From positions 252,340,001 to 252,404,000 of the forward strand of contig OZ024741.1 in the NCBI GenBank assembly GCA_964016885.1: a DNA stretch of 64,000 nt. The letters run 5' to 3'. Of the stretch, positions 38,855 through 53,481 are shown one piece after another. Both the position numbers and the translations under genes were made by a program. The notes beneath the pieces are model-generated. The model did no database searches. It was not told where the DNA came from and saw only the letters and a program-made list of their open reading frames with translations. The DNA is from Eledone cirrhosa. Its lineage: Eukaryota. Position 1 is the first letter of the stretch, and every line of letters begins with the position of its first letter.

Positions 38855-41287
38855 CAATACTGTATTTTGTGGACTCTTCTCCAGGGTACCTGTGTCTATC
38901 CATTCACTCTGGGATTCATACTGGGGGTAGAAATCTCCCTTACATTCTATATACTGAATGTTTCTATTATTCAAATCTGTAGAATACCTCACTGGGGTAC
39001 CAGGAACACTGCTGTTGCTGCTCTGACATGGTAAAGGTTGATCAATTCTGTTACATATAGCTGACCGATCAACACCTCTCCTAGTGGCCTTTGTAGATTG
39101 AGACTGACCACTGCTACATTTCAAAATACACAGTGTGATGGACACTACAATGACCACAGCCACTATTACAGCTGCTACTATAATTATAATTAATATTGGT
39201 ATATCAAATATTTTCTTCTTCTCTAACTGGACAGTGGTCATCTGTGGTGCTGTTGTCTTGTTGGTGACCTTTAGTGATAAAGACACAGTAGTTGTGGCTG
39301 ACATCACTGGGGTACCAGAATCCTTGACCACAAGTACCAGTTGATATGAGCCAGCTTCATTGAGATGAGGTGGACGTGAGAAAGACATTTGACCAGTAAA
39401 AGAGTTCAGTGTAAACAACTGTTTATTATTACCATCAAGTATTCCATATTTGAGGAAGGCATTTAAATGACTGTCTCTATCAGTGGCTTTAATCACAGTG
39501 ATGGCATTGGTACTTTGTGGATGGTAGTGGACATTGATATGGAATGGGTCAGTTGTAGGGTAGATAAAATATGGACTATTGTCATTTCTGTCTAAAACCT
39601 CAATAACAACATTGGCTGTATTATTCAATGATGGTTGACCATTGTCTTTGACAAATACTTCAAATTTATACATGTCTTCTTCTTCTCTATCTAATGGTAT
39701 GTTACTGGTAATAAAACCATAGTCACTCACCTTAAATGGTATATTATTTCTGTCTTTACTTAATACTGAGTAAATTAGTTGACCAGCACTTCCTAGGTCT
39801 GGGTCAGTGGCATTAATAAAACCTATAGGAAAGTTAGCTTTACCATTCTCATAAGTAAGGAAGTGGAATTTATCTTTGGTAAATTGTGGTTTCACATCAT
39901 TTACATCCATTACTTCAATAGAAATCTTTCTCTCTGCCTTTAAAGGAGGGCTTCCATTATCTTCACATACAAGTTTTATGTTAAAATGGTCCGATGTTTC
40001 TCTGTCAAGTGATTTCTTCAAAGTAATTTTATATTCCTTAGATTCTAAATGTGAGAGGACAACTTTATCATGTTTTAAATTACAAGTCACCTCTCCATTC
40101 TCTCCTACATCATTGTCCACTACATTGACATAAGCTATATAACTGCCCACTTCAGTTCCTTCATAAATTGCTGCTGTATCCTTCTTTAGTTCAGACACAA
40201 AATTTATTCCAATTTTAGGAGCATGGTTCTCTTCATTAATGATATTAACTCTTACTATTGCAAAGGAATTTAGTGGGGGATTCCCACCATCTTTGGCTTC
40301 TACATACATCTTGAGAATATTCTTTTTCTGTGATGTAAAATGTTTTTTTACAAACAATTTCCCTGTTTGATGGTTGAGTTTAAAATAGTGTCTTGTCCAT
40401 TCTGGTGTTTCTGAGCTGAAATAATAAGAAACTTGACCATTCTGTCCAGAATCTGGGTCTTTGGCTGACAATGTCAATATAGGAATATCATTAGCCTGTG
40501 TATTTTTGATGGAAATATTGTAGATATGTTTTGAAAAAACTGGTGAGTTATCATTAACATCAATTATTGTTATATGAACATGTAAAATTCCTTGTTTTGG
40601 AGGTTGTCCTCCATCTTTAGCTATCACTTCTAGATTGTAACTATCTTTTAGTTCCCTGTCTAACTTGTCTCCCAGAATAATTCCTATTTTAGATCTACCA
40701 GTGATAGTTTTTTTAACAGACAATATAAATGGTTCATTGAATTTTTTCTTTAATTTATATGTAACTTCTGAATTTTCCATTCCAATATCCTTATCAATGG
40801 CATCTGGTATTAATTCCTCGGCACCTTCACCATCTCGCTCATCAAATGTAAATTCTACCTTTTTCTGTGGAAACACTGGGCTATGGTCATTGATGTCTTG
40901 TATAATGACTTTAACTTTTATGATTTTCAAAAATGTCTTCCGTTTATGTACAGCAACTTTGATGTATCTAAAACAATCTGATTCATATGTACACAGTTCC
41001 TCAGCATCAAGTGTTTGTGTAGTGTACAATTTACCATCTTTTGTGACATTAAACAAGTGTGTCTCTTCTGTCCATTGCTGTTGCATTTGGTTATATGTGA
41101 TGAAGTTATTTTCTACAAGTGAGGCACTATTCTCCGTCTGTGTGTCAGCAGCAATATCCCCAACAAATGTAAAGGGACTACTTTCTTCTTCTACATGGTA
41201 GCTCAGATCAACACAGACACAACTGTGTAGTAATAGACTGATGACATTGGCAAGTAAGTATGTATTCCACACACAGTCTACTTCCAT
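38855..41287 (-). CDS. PCDH: Protocadherin large exon P3
   Basis: ORF 38792..41290 (ATG at 41287); acceptor at 41320; phase-0 donor after 38855; 811 codons. Confidence 0.95.
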
Positions 41288-42571
41288 CACAGAATATTAA
41301 AACATATCTTCTCTTTTTATCTGAAATTACAGGAGAAAATATATAATTCCTATTGGATTATTTCAGAGAATATTTTATGTTTTAGTAACTAGTTTGAATC
41401 ATGTACATATAGCTGGCATCCTATTAGAATGCCTTTGGATAAGAAGTTTCTAGGATATATTATCCTCATAGAGGCCCAGTCCTATAAGTTATATGTATTA
41501 TGTATTTGATATATTCTGAATAATGACATTTATAGTTACTATGTGTGTGAGGTGCTGAATGATTTAAGGTATGTCCTAGTGTTAATATTGTATTTGGTGA
41601 GAGAATTTTGGATACAAAAATAATCTGTTATGGATGATACAGATTATACAAACTGTCACGTTATGAATAATAATCTCTACATATCTTTTAAAATATATGA
41701 TAGGCTCAACACTATTGCTCCCTGAAGTCTTAATATCTTCCAAAATGTCAAGATATTCACGGGAGATAACTTATCATTTGCAGTTCTCTTTGTTCAATTG
41801 TTTCCCTTGTGTTAACATAACCTATATTTTTTCTTGTAAAAACCTACACGGTTTCTGAGAAATCTGGGTATATTTTATAATCTGTACAGTGATGAACTAA
41901 TGATGGTATCTCTACATAGTCACTAGATCTCCCTCAAGTTGCACCCATGATTTTGAACATTAAGGCTACATGGGGGCTAAATACATTATGTCTGCATGTT
42001 AGAAGTGTCAGTCACAGGTAGAGCTCTGTGATTTTATGTCTGATGAATTAGTGCTGTCTCAGATTTAAACACTAAATAATGACTGTTTCTCACTTCAGAT
42101 TCTAAATAACATTTTACAAAACTAACATGTTTTGCCAAAAGATAAAAATCTCAATAGTTCTAATATCCATGGAAATATTGAGTTAATGGTAGTAGAATGG
42201 CTGATTCTTAGAAGCAACAGACAAAATGTCTGCAGATTTATGTTTCAGCTCTTTGTCATCTGAATTCAAATCTCACAAATTAAATTTTCACTTTCATTCA
42301 TCAAAATGTTTGATGAAATAATGTATAAGTCAATTATTGTGGCATAATTAATATTATTTTAAAGCAGCCTAGATATGAAAATAATATAATAGAAGATGGA
42401 GACTTGAACTAGCCGGATAAATTAATACCTTCCATTGATATAATATATTTAATATATTATTTTACTTTGGATTATAACTATATTTTTATTTCTGTTCTAA
42501 CATGATAAGAAGATATCACATAATACAAATGTATATAAAAATTCTATATTTATTGCATTAGTTTGATATTC

Positions 42572-42762
42572 TACTACTATTCTGGCTCATAATAATTGTT
42601 TCTACTTTAGGCACAAGGCCAGCAATTACCCAGTGCATTACTGGTACTTTATTTTATCGACCCCGTAAGGATGAAAGGCAAAGTAAACCTCGGCGGGATT
42701 TGAACTCAGACCGTAAAGGGACGTAACTATGCTGGAATACTACTATTCTGGCTCATAATAAT
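42572..42762 (-). mobile_element. 5'-truncated SINE family 1 insertion with 25-bp target-site duplication
   Basis: TACTACTATTCTGGCTCATAATAAT at 42572-42596 and 42738-42762; the paralogous site at ~52898-52923 is empty. Confidence 0.85.
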
Positions 42763-43163
42763 GACATACATTCTGTAGCAGATAATAAAATAATAAAATG
42801 CATGTAAATTTGATATCAAGTGATAGAGTGTTATATAACTTGATATCACATCATATAATATAATTCATATAAGTGTTAGTTTGTGTTTGTCTATATATCA
42901 CATTGAATAATAAATAATTTTATGTAATATCATATATTTAGAATAATGTATGAGATTATTCTAAATTTAGTTAAAAATAGTTAATCCTGACGTTAAAGAA
43001 AGAAAAATTACATTTCATTTTAATTTTAGAGAATCAATAAATTTTAACAATATTTTTTTTGAAATTAACATTCTGAGAAATTTCTTAAACAATACTTTTT
43101 AAAAAAATTAACATTCTGGGAAACTTCTCAGAAAAATTCTCAGGTGAAATATGGTAAACTTAC

Positions 43164-43332
43164 CAAAAGTAGGAATGATATAACATCCAAGCTAAAAGAC
43201 AGAACTTCTTTAAGATGAAAATTTCAAGTCATCCCATTTTGATGACAACAGAAAAATCTATCAATTGTCTCCTGTATCTAAGAGCAACAGACCTGGTCAT
43301 CAATATAGTGGTACCTTCCATCAGATGTTATC
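43164..43332 (-). other. Putative non-coding 5'UTR exon B for P3 (169 nt)
   Basis: Acceptor ATATTTCAG|GATAAC and donor TTTTG|GTAAGT; conserved in three units; stops in all three frames. Confidence 0.65.
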
Positions 43333-44073
43333 CTGAAATATATTGAAATATAAAAGCAATATTGAATTATTGTGAAGAAATGAGAGAGAAATGGTTTTTT
43401 AACTCTAATAAGTTTGTAACAAATCTCTTCTATCATAGCCATGTTGAAAATGTATACATTCTATACTAATTTGTAACAATTCTGTTTTTCCAAGTTATAT
43501 AAATAAGAGTTAAATGAGGTTGATATATATATATATATATATGGTTAAGTTTAAATAGATTTCTGACTGGCTTAGGAGTGTGGAAAAAATATACATCCTG
43601 TACTGGACAATAAAGAGTAAAAATTCTCTTCCATTTTATGTAAGTGGGAGATGAATCATGATGTTGGTGAAATGTTATATATAGTTCAGTTTAAATAAAT
43701 TACTCTTTATTAGAGCCATTTGTAGATACTTAAATACAATCTGTACTAAAGGACTAACTATAAATATGCATTCTTTACTCTTCCATAAACTGTAAATATA
43801 CAATCTAATATATAGACTTCTATGTATATATATATCTACAATGTGTACTACAGATTAGATTGCATATTTCAAACAAATATATGTTTGAAATTCGATCATC
43901 AGGGGAGAATTTCATCTAGAACCATCATAAATAAAAACATGTTGAAAATAGTTATGTATACTCAGAATTAAAGATTAACCTTTATATATATATACACATT
44001 GCTACACATTAAAAAACAACCTAAAAAGAATGTATTATCTAGCAAAAATGTTCATCAATATAACAAACTTTTG

Positions 44074-45129
44074 TACGAGATTTGACCCCAAAATAAAGAT
44101 ACTGATTTTCCAATGTACGACATGGTAATGGAGCACCTAAATGTATATAAGTGTGTTGCTTTTGACTTTGCCTACATGTACTTATTAGTTTCACTATAAT
44201 CAATTAAGTCAGTCGTGAGTTGCTGTCTATGTACAGATGTGTTTATAACCTATGTTATATTTATGATGCAGGAAAATATAGAAAAACAGTAAATGACCAA
44301 ATTGTTTGTAAAACACAACAAATCTGCCACCGAAAATTTAATTCTTTAACGCAACTCAACTTCAAATCTCATCAACAAATGAACAAAATGTGAAAATGGT
44401 GTGTGTGTGCCAAAAGATTGCCAAATAAGTGTTAGGGTGACTTCAGAAGAAATGGGCTTGGATAAAAATGCAGTTCCCAGAATTTTATCAGACCATTTGC
44501 AGATGCAAGAAATTTGCACAGAACTAGTTCCCAAACACTTGTAGATGGAAGAAAAAGTGAACCAGTTGGATATTTGTCAAGATTTGTTAGAAATACTCAA
44601 AATTGGGCCAAATTTCTTTGATAAATTAATAATAGGAGATGAATCATGAGTGTTCAGATATGATCCAGAGACAAAATGGCAAAATGAACAGTGACATACA
44701 AAAATTCTCTTGTCTGAAAAAATGATGATTATCATTTTTTCAACAGCTGTGGTATCGTTCTCAAAGAATTTTTACATCCAAGACAGTTAATCACACTTTA
44801 AGATGTCTTGGAATGACTTCAAAAATGGGTCCAGCGAGTCTGAAAGGACATTGCAGGAAATGGGGTAATGCACCACAACAACACACCTGCACACTCAGCA
44901 CTTTCAATTAGCGAATATCTGATGAAGAAAAACATTCTCAATCTTTCACATCCTCCCATCAGCCCACATGTAGCTCCATGTAATTTGTTGAAATCAAAGT
45001 TGAAGGGTCAACATTTTGGGACTGTGGAAAACATACTAAAAACTAAATGATTTCCCAAGGGTCGCATTTTGAAGGTGATTATAATTTCATTTATGTCTAA
45101 ATAAAACATATTTTGGGACAAACCTAGTA
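44074..45129 (+). mobile_element. Decayed mariner (Tc1/mariner) transposon
   Basis: Remnant motifs LVPKHL, IIGDES*VFRYDPETK and HHNNTPAH...HPPISPHVAPCNL (cf. WVPHEL, TGDE, HDNA, HPPYSPDLAP); imperfect TIRs TACGAGATTTGACCCCAAAA / TTTTGGGACAAACCTAGTA; many stops and frameshifts. Confidence 0.85.
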
Positions 45130-45604
45130 TATCTATGTGTAAATATATAAATATTTATATTTATATAAATATTTATATTTATATAAATATATGTATAAGA
45201 ACCTGCATGAGAATTCTCGCAAACTCGCTACCTAACTAAGGAAACCTCTTGTTGAGTCAAACAACCCTGTACATTAAAACTATCCATAGTACAGAGTACT
45301 CACAACATCTAACTGGATTACCTAAAACAATAACTTGTTATCCCATATGATGATGATGATGATATTTATATAAATATATATATTTATATGAATATATATA
45401 TATACATATTTGTATATATATATATAAATAAATATATATAAAATAAATATATATATATATATATATAAATATATATATATATGCTGAAACTCAGCAAGGA
45501 GACGACAAAGGACCGTGACATGTGGAGGGATGCTGTGCTGAATAGGACCCGTCCAACCCTTGCAAGCAGTGAAAAGCGGACGTAAAATGATGATGATGAT
45601 GATG

Positions 45605-45636
<32 letters not shown>

Positions 45637-45666
45637 GTAAATATATCTATATATCTATATATATAA

Positions 45667-45728
<62 letters not shown>

Positions 45729-45794
45729 ATACAGAGAGGGGGTGAGGGGGGTGAGGTATAAAGATAAATAGATTGATAGACAGATAGATAGATT

Positions 45795-46005
45795 AATTGA
45801 AAATTGAGAAATCTCAATGCTAGAATAGCCAAAAGTTTTCAATGATAGCAATGAGTAACAATGCCTCAGAGGGCAGAGACCAGTGGACTGTTGACCACTG
45901 CCCACTGGTCTCAGTCACTGAGGCATTTTTTTTCCCATTGCTGTCATTGACAGCATTTGGCTATTTTAAAAGCTGTTCAAGCATTGAGGTTTCTCATTTT
46001 TCTAT
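45795..46005. repeat. Hairpin/MITE-like element; paralogous copy at ~55740-55942
   Basis: GAGAAATCTCAATGCT...AATGCCTCAG..GAGACCAGTGG / CCACTGGTCTC..CTGAGGCATT...AGCATTGAGGTTTCTC. Confidence 0.75.
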
Positions 46006-47022
46006 TAATCTAAATATACTCTTGTTTCATCTCAATCAGAGGCAACATATTTATTCATATATACATATGTAAATATAGCTAATGTTATACACTAAAATCA
46101 AATATACAATACCTATTTAATAATAAAATTTCAATAAATGCACGGTTCTCAATCATAAACTATGAATAATGAGTGAATCAGGCACGCAATATGTGTTTAT
46201 GTCAGAATTTATCAACAAACGACATTGTATCACATGAATATGTCTGCTGTCATTCTCAAAGGGAATTTATCATTATTATCAATAATATTATCACTACAAT
46301 TTTTTGGTTGAATAATCCACACAATAGAGAAACAATATCCACTTAGATTTATATGTTGTTGCCTTTGATAAGACACAAAAATATATAACATTTTATACAA
46401 TACGAATCTGTCATACAACTATGTCTGACATCAGAACGATATCTGCTGTTCTGTAATGATAGATTCATTAAATTTTCTTTCATTATTGACAAGATATTTC
46501 TAAAATGTTCTTAAAACATCATTTAACAATTATGACATGATGAAATATATATATAAAATATTACATTAGAAATATTTCTGCATATATAATAATTATGTGA
46601 TTAGACAGTCTATAGTAAGAAGAGAAATAATATAATTTAGATGAAATGGAGAACAAACGAGATGCTGTGGAGACAAAATGGAGACTTAGTATTAAGTATT
46701 ATGTGTAGTTACATTAAGTATGTGTAGTTACAATAGCAACACTTTTAAATTAAATTAATAAATAATATAGTAAACTAATGCAATAGTCATTAGCTATATT
46801 AATATATAACTAGTATATTTCTAACACTGAATTATGAAATAGTGTAATAATAGGTTAGTATTTTATACTAACATCTATGTTATATGTGTAACATCAGTTG
46901 ATGGTATTTCTCAGTGATAGAAATGGTCTTTTATAAATATCTTTTAATAATTTCTTACATGTTATATTTTCACACATTATATCAAAGATGAAATATGTGA
47001 ATAAAACAAAATGTTCACTTAC

Positions 47023-47284
47023 CTCCAATGTCTCATCCATAATCTATGTCTGTGTATGATACTCTGTGTTAGTGTGTGGTAGAGTGTGATAGTGTCTCTA
47101 TGGTAGTAGTAGAGAGAGGGATCACAAGATGTAACTACTACTGCTGCTGTTGTTAGTGCTGTTGTTGCTCTTTCTGTTGCTGTTGTTTCTGCTGCTGCTG
47201 TGTTATTGCTGCCCTTGTTACTGGTGCAGTTGTTGCAGTTGTTATTACTGCTGCTGATGTTCCTGCTGCAGCAGCCTACTGCAC
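47023..47284 (-). other. Putative first exon A for P3
   Basis: GTGCAGTAG...triplet tract...ATTATGGATGAGACATTGGAG|GTAAGT. Confidence 0.65.
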
Positions 47285-47587
47285 ATACACGATATTACTA
47301 CACATATTCTACAGTATACTCCAATGATGTGTCATAAGGGATGTGTGTCGTTTGTGTGTAGTGAATAGTCTATGTATGAGTTGTGTAACAATATGTCATT
47401 TAGTACAATTATAAGGTGTATTGTGTATGAATATATATATTTCATATATATATATGTATATGTGTATGTATAATAGTCCAAGATATGTGAGCAAACCTCT
47501 CTGTTATCTTGAGTTTTGTAGAGAAATGATGGATTTTTATTTCGATATATTGTGTGTAAGCAGGCAATGATGATAATTATAATAATC

Positions 47588-47640
<53 letters not shown>

Positions 47641-49188
47641 CCTTAAAACAGGGTATGTAACTGTTATAATATCTGGATTGACAGTACAATGATTGTATCA
47701 GTGTGTGTATGTGTGATTGTGAATCTATAGTATATATCTGTGTAAATGCCTTCATGGAATATTTCACAATGATAAGATCCTGACACAATATTCCTCAGTC
47801 TCTTTCTTTCTCTTTCTGACGTTTTCTCTGGTAGAGATGTGTTTTTATTTTTTAATTCTTGTTGGCAACTGGAACAGAGAAAACAACATGTAGAAATCAA
47901 CAAAATATTAGATTTCAGACATATCAAATATATCATGTCTGATCAATGTATGACATGTAATATTTCTGAAAACTATGACTTGCAATATGTCTGACCGATA
48001 TATGAGAGTCAATTGGATTAACTAACTCTATGACTTTTATGGCTGATAGATGTCTGATCAATGTATGAGATGTAATATGTCTGAACAAATGTGACTGACA
48101 ATGTAGTTGACCAATATATAACAGACAATAGGGCCAACCAAATCTATGACTTATGTCAAATCAATTTATGACAGACAATAGACATGCTATGATAAGCAAC
48201 ATATATAACAAATTTATTACAGTCATTATTTCTGACATACAAGTTATGACAATGTTTGACCAATATAAAAGAAATATTATGTCTGACAATTTTTTTAAAC
48301 ACAATATCTCTGAGGAATTTGTGAAAGATATGGCAAATAATACATCAGAAATATGTATGATAGAAGATATATTTGAAATATCCATTACAAATGTATGACA
48401 CAAAAGATGACTAAGAGACGTTATGTCGGCTCAATGTTTAACAAAGAATATATTTTATAAATATATATCATATATATGAAAGTTTATAGAAAATATTATT
48501 CCTGAACAATGTATGATAAAAGATGTCTGACCTATGTTATGTCTATCCAATATATGACAAACACTATGTTCAAGCAATGTATGTCAAACTATATGATTGA
48601 TAAATGTATGACAGTTAATATGGCTGACCAATGTACAACAGACATAACATCCGAATCAATGAATAATAGGTATAATGTCTATTTAAATGTAAAATCAATA
48701 TGTCAAACCAAATGTATAACAGATGACATGTCAAAACAGATTTATTAAAAAAATACATGTCTGATTAGTGTATGACAGACATTGTGAGAACGTTCTATGT
48801 TAAACATTATGCCTACCTAATGATGACAAATAATATATCTGACCAATGTATTAGAGAGAAAATGTCTAAGCAATGTTTCAAAGATATTAAGCCTGAGCAA
48901 TGCTTGACAAACAATATATGAGATTAAAATTGGAGGTATGTGAGGGAGGACAGAATTTTAAATAAAATTGAAGAATAACATGCAACTGATAATAATGATG
49001 ATGATCATGAAAGAGGGGAAGGACGAAACAAAATGATTAGAAGAAGATCATGTTGAATCTAAATACAATAGCAAGATAATATTGTTAATTATGATGATAA
49101 CAATGATAATGATTATCATTTTATACAGAGATGATGTTATATATATATAGAGAGAGAGTTAATATATAATATATAAAATGTGACTTAC

Positions 49189-51621
49189 CAATACTGTATT
49201 TTGAGGACTCTTCTCCAGGGTACCTGTGTCTATCCATTCACTCTGGGATTCATACTGGGGGTAGAAATCTCCCTGACATTCTATATACTGGATGTTTCTA
49301 TTATTCAAATCTGTAGAATACCTCACTGGGGTACCAGGAACATTGCTGTTGCTGCTCTGACATGGTAAAGGTTGATCAATTCTGTTACATATAGCTGACC
49401 GATCAACACCTCTCCTAGTGGCCTTTGTAGATTGAGACTGACCACTGCTACATTTCAAAATACACAGTGTAATGGACACTACAATGACCACAGCCACTAT
49501 TACAGCTGCTACTATAATTATAATTAATATTGGTATATCAAATATTTTGTTCTTCTCTAACTGGACAGTGGTCATCCGTGGTGCTGTTGTCTTGTTAGTG
49601 ACCTTTAGTGATAAAGACACAGTAGTTGTGGCTGACATCACTGGGGTACCAGAATCCTTGACCACAAGTACCAGTTGATATGAGCCAGCGTCATTGAGAT
49701 GAGGTGGACGTGAGAAAGACATTTGACCAGTAAAAGAGTTCAGTGTAAACAACTGTTTATTATTATCATCAAGTATTCCATATTTGAGGAAGGCATTTAA
49801 ATGACTGTCTCTATCAGTGGCTTTAATCACAGTGATGGCATTGGTACTTTGTGGATGGTAGTGGACATTGATATGGAATGGGTCAGTTGTAGGGTAGATA
49901 AAATATGGACTATTGTCATTTCTGTCTAAAACCTCAATAACAACATTTGCTGTATTATTCAATGATGGCTGACCATTGTCTTTGACAAATACTTCAAATT
50001 TATACATGTCTTCTTCTTCTCTATCTAATGGTATGTTGCTGGTAATAAAACCATAGTCACTCACCTTAAATGGTATATTATTTCTGTCTTTACTTAGTAT
50101 TGAGTAAGTTAGTTGACCAGCCCTTCCTAGGTCTAGGTCAGTGGCATTAATAAAACCTATAGGAAAGTTAGCTTTACCATTTTCATAAGTAAGGAAGTGG
50201 AATTTATCTTTGGTAAATTGTGGTTTCACATCATTCACATCCATTACTTCAATAGAAATCTTTCTCTCTGTCTTTAAAGGAGGGCTTCCATTGTCTTCAC
50301 ATATAATTTTTATATTAAAATGGTCCGATGTTTCTCTGTCTAATGATTTTTTCAAAGTAATTTTATATTCCTTAGATTCTAAATGTGAGAGGACAACTTT
50401 ATCATGTTTTAAATTACAAGTCACCTCTCCATTCTCTCCTACATCATTGTCCACTACATTGACATAAGCTATATAACTTCCCACTTCAGTTCCTTCATAA
50501 ATTGCTGCTGTGTCCTTCTTTAGTTCAGACACAAAATTTATTCCAATTTTAGGAGCATGGTTCTCTTCATTAATGATATTAACTCTTACTATTGCAAAGG
50601 AATTTAATGATGGATTTCCACCATCTTTGGCCTCTACATACATCTTTAGAATATTCTTTTTTTGTGATGTAAAGTGTTTTTTTACAAACAGTTCACCTGT
50701 TTGATCATCCAGTTTGAAGTAATGTCTGGTGCGTTCTGGTGTTTCTGAACTAAAATAATAAGAAACTTGACCATTCTGTCCAGAATCTGGGTCTTTGGCT
50801 GACAATGTCAATATAGGAATATCATTAGCCTGTGTATTTTTGATGGAAATATTGTAGATATGTTTTGAAAAAACTGGTGAGTTATCATTAACATCAATTA
50901 TTGTTATATGAACATGTAAAATTCCTTGTTTTGGAGGTTGTCCTCCATCTTTAGCTATCACTTCTAAATTATAACTATCTTTTAGTTCCCTATCTAGTTT
51001 GTCTCCAATAATAATTCCTATTTTAGATCTACCAGTGATAGTTTTTCTAACAGATAATATAAATGGTTCATTGAATTTTTTCTTCAATTTATATGTAACT
51101 TCAGAGTTCTCCATTCCAATATCTTTATCAATGGCTTCTGGTATTAATCTTTCTGCTCCTTCACTATCACGCTCATCAAATGTGATATTTATTTCTCTCT
51201 CTGGAAACTCTGGGCTATGGTCATTGATGTCTTGTATAATGACTTTAACTTTTATGATTTTCAGAAATGTCTTCCGTTTATGTACAGCAACTTTGATGTA
51301 TCTAAAACAATCTGACTCATATGTACACAGTTCCTCAGCATCAAGTGTTTGTGTAGTGTACAGTTTACCATCTTTTGTGACATTAAACAAGTGTGACTCT
51401 TCTGTCCATTGCTGTTGCATTTGGTTATATGTGATGAAGTTATTTTCTACAAGTGAGGCACTATTCTCCATCTGTGTGTCAGCAGCAATATCCCCAACAA
51501 ATGTAAAGGGAATACTTTCTTCTTCTACATGGTAGCTCAGATCAACACAGACACAACTGTGTAGTAATAGACCGAGGACATTGGCAAGTAAGTATGTATT
51601 CCAGACACAGTCTACTTCCAT
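49189..51621 (-). CDS. PCDH: Protocadherin large exon P4
   Basis: ORF 49159..51624 (ATG at 51621); acceptor at 51654; phase-0 donor after 49189; 811 codons. Confidence 0.95.
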
Positions 51622-53312
51622 CACAGAATATTAAATCATATCTTCTGTTTTTATCTGAAATTACAGAAGAATATATATAATTCCTATTGGAATATTTCAG
51701 AGAATGTGTTATATTTTAGTAAGAAATATATACATAGTTTTCTAATTTCAAGTAATTAGCTCAAAGAAGTTCCTAGGACATCTTACCATCTTCGGGGGCA
51801 GTCATATTAAGTTATATGTATTATGTCTTTGATATATACTGAATAATGACATTTATAGTCACTATGAGTGTGAGATTGATGTTGAATGGTTGAAGGTAAG
51901 TCTTCGTGTTAGTATTGTATTTGGTGAGTTATTTATGGATTATACAGATTATATAAACTATCACAATATGAATAATAATCACTTCATATCTTTAAATATA
52001 TATGATAGTTTAAAGACTGCTGTTCCTTGAAGTCTTGATATCTTCCAAAATGTAAAGATATTCACGGGAGATAACTTGGTGTTTGCAGTTCTTTGTTTAA
52101 TTATTTCCCCTGATACCCCATAAATATTTCTTGTAAACCTATTAGGTATCTGAGGAATCTGAGTATATTTTATAATCTTCAAAATGTAACAAAATACTGT
52201 GCAGTGATGAACTAATGATGGTATCTCTACACAGTCACTAGATCTGTTATAAATAACACCCAAATCTCCCTCAAGCTGCTTTGAACATTAAGGCTACATA
52301 TGGGCTAGATACATTATGTCTGCATGTTAGAAGTGTCAGACACAGGTAGAGCTCTGTGATTTCATGTTTGGTGAATTAGTGCTGTCTCAGATTTAAACAC
52401 TAAATAATGACTGTTACTCACTTCAGATACTAAATAACATTTTACACAACCAACATTTGTTGCCAAAAGATAAGAATCTCATCAATAGTTCTAATATCCA
52501 TGAAAATATTGAGCCAATGGTAGTAGAATGACTGATTCTTAGAAGCAACAGACAAAATGTCTGCAGATTTATGTTTCAGCTCTTTGTCATCTGAATTCAA
52601 ATCTCACAAATTAAATTTTCACTTTCATTCTTCAAAATGTTTGATGAAATAATGTATCAGTCAATTATTGTGGCATAATTAATATTATTTTAAAGCAGCC
52701 TAAACATCAAAATACTATAATAGAAGATGGAGACCGGAAAAACCCTGATAAATTAATACCCTCCATTGATATAATATATTTAATATATTATTTTACTTTG
52801 GATTGTAACTATATTTTTATTTCTGTTCTAACTTACTGGGTTGACATGACAATATTTAAACTGAAAATGTTTATATTTAATGGGTTAGTTTGATATTTTA
52901 CTATCATTCTGGCTCATAATAATAGCATATATATTCTGTAGCAGGTGTCTGTAGTGGGTGTCTAAAAGTTAAATAATAAAATGTATGTAAATTTGATATC
53001 ATGTGATAGAGTGTTATATGACTAGATGTCACATCATATAATATCATAATTCATATAAGTGTTAGTTTGAGTTTGTCTATATATCATATCGAATAATAAA
53101 TATATTTATGTAATACCATATATTTAGAATAATGTATGAGATTATTCTAAATTTAGTTAAAAATAGTTAATCCTGACATTAAAGAAAGAAAGAAAAATTA
53201 CATTTCATTTTCACTTTATAAGATCAATAAATTTTAAACAATACTTTTTAAAAAAATTAACAATCTGGTAAACTTCTCAGAAAAATTCTCAGGTGAAATA
53301 AGGTAAACTTAC

Positions 53313-53481
53313 CAAAAGTAGGAATGATATAACATCCAAGCTAAAAGACAGAACTTCTTTAAGATGAAAATTTCAAGTCATCCCATTTTGATGACAACAG
53401 AAAAATCTATCATTTGACTCCTGTATCTAAGAGCAACAGACCTGGTCATCAATATAGTGGTACCTTCCATCAGATGTTATC
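53313..53481 (-). other. Putative non-coding 5'UTR exon B for P4 (169 nt)
   Basis: Near-identical to 43164-43332 with the same splice sites. Confidence 0.65.
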
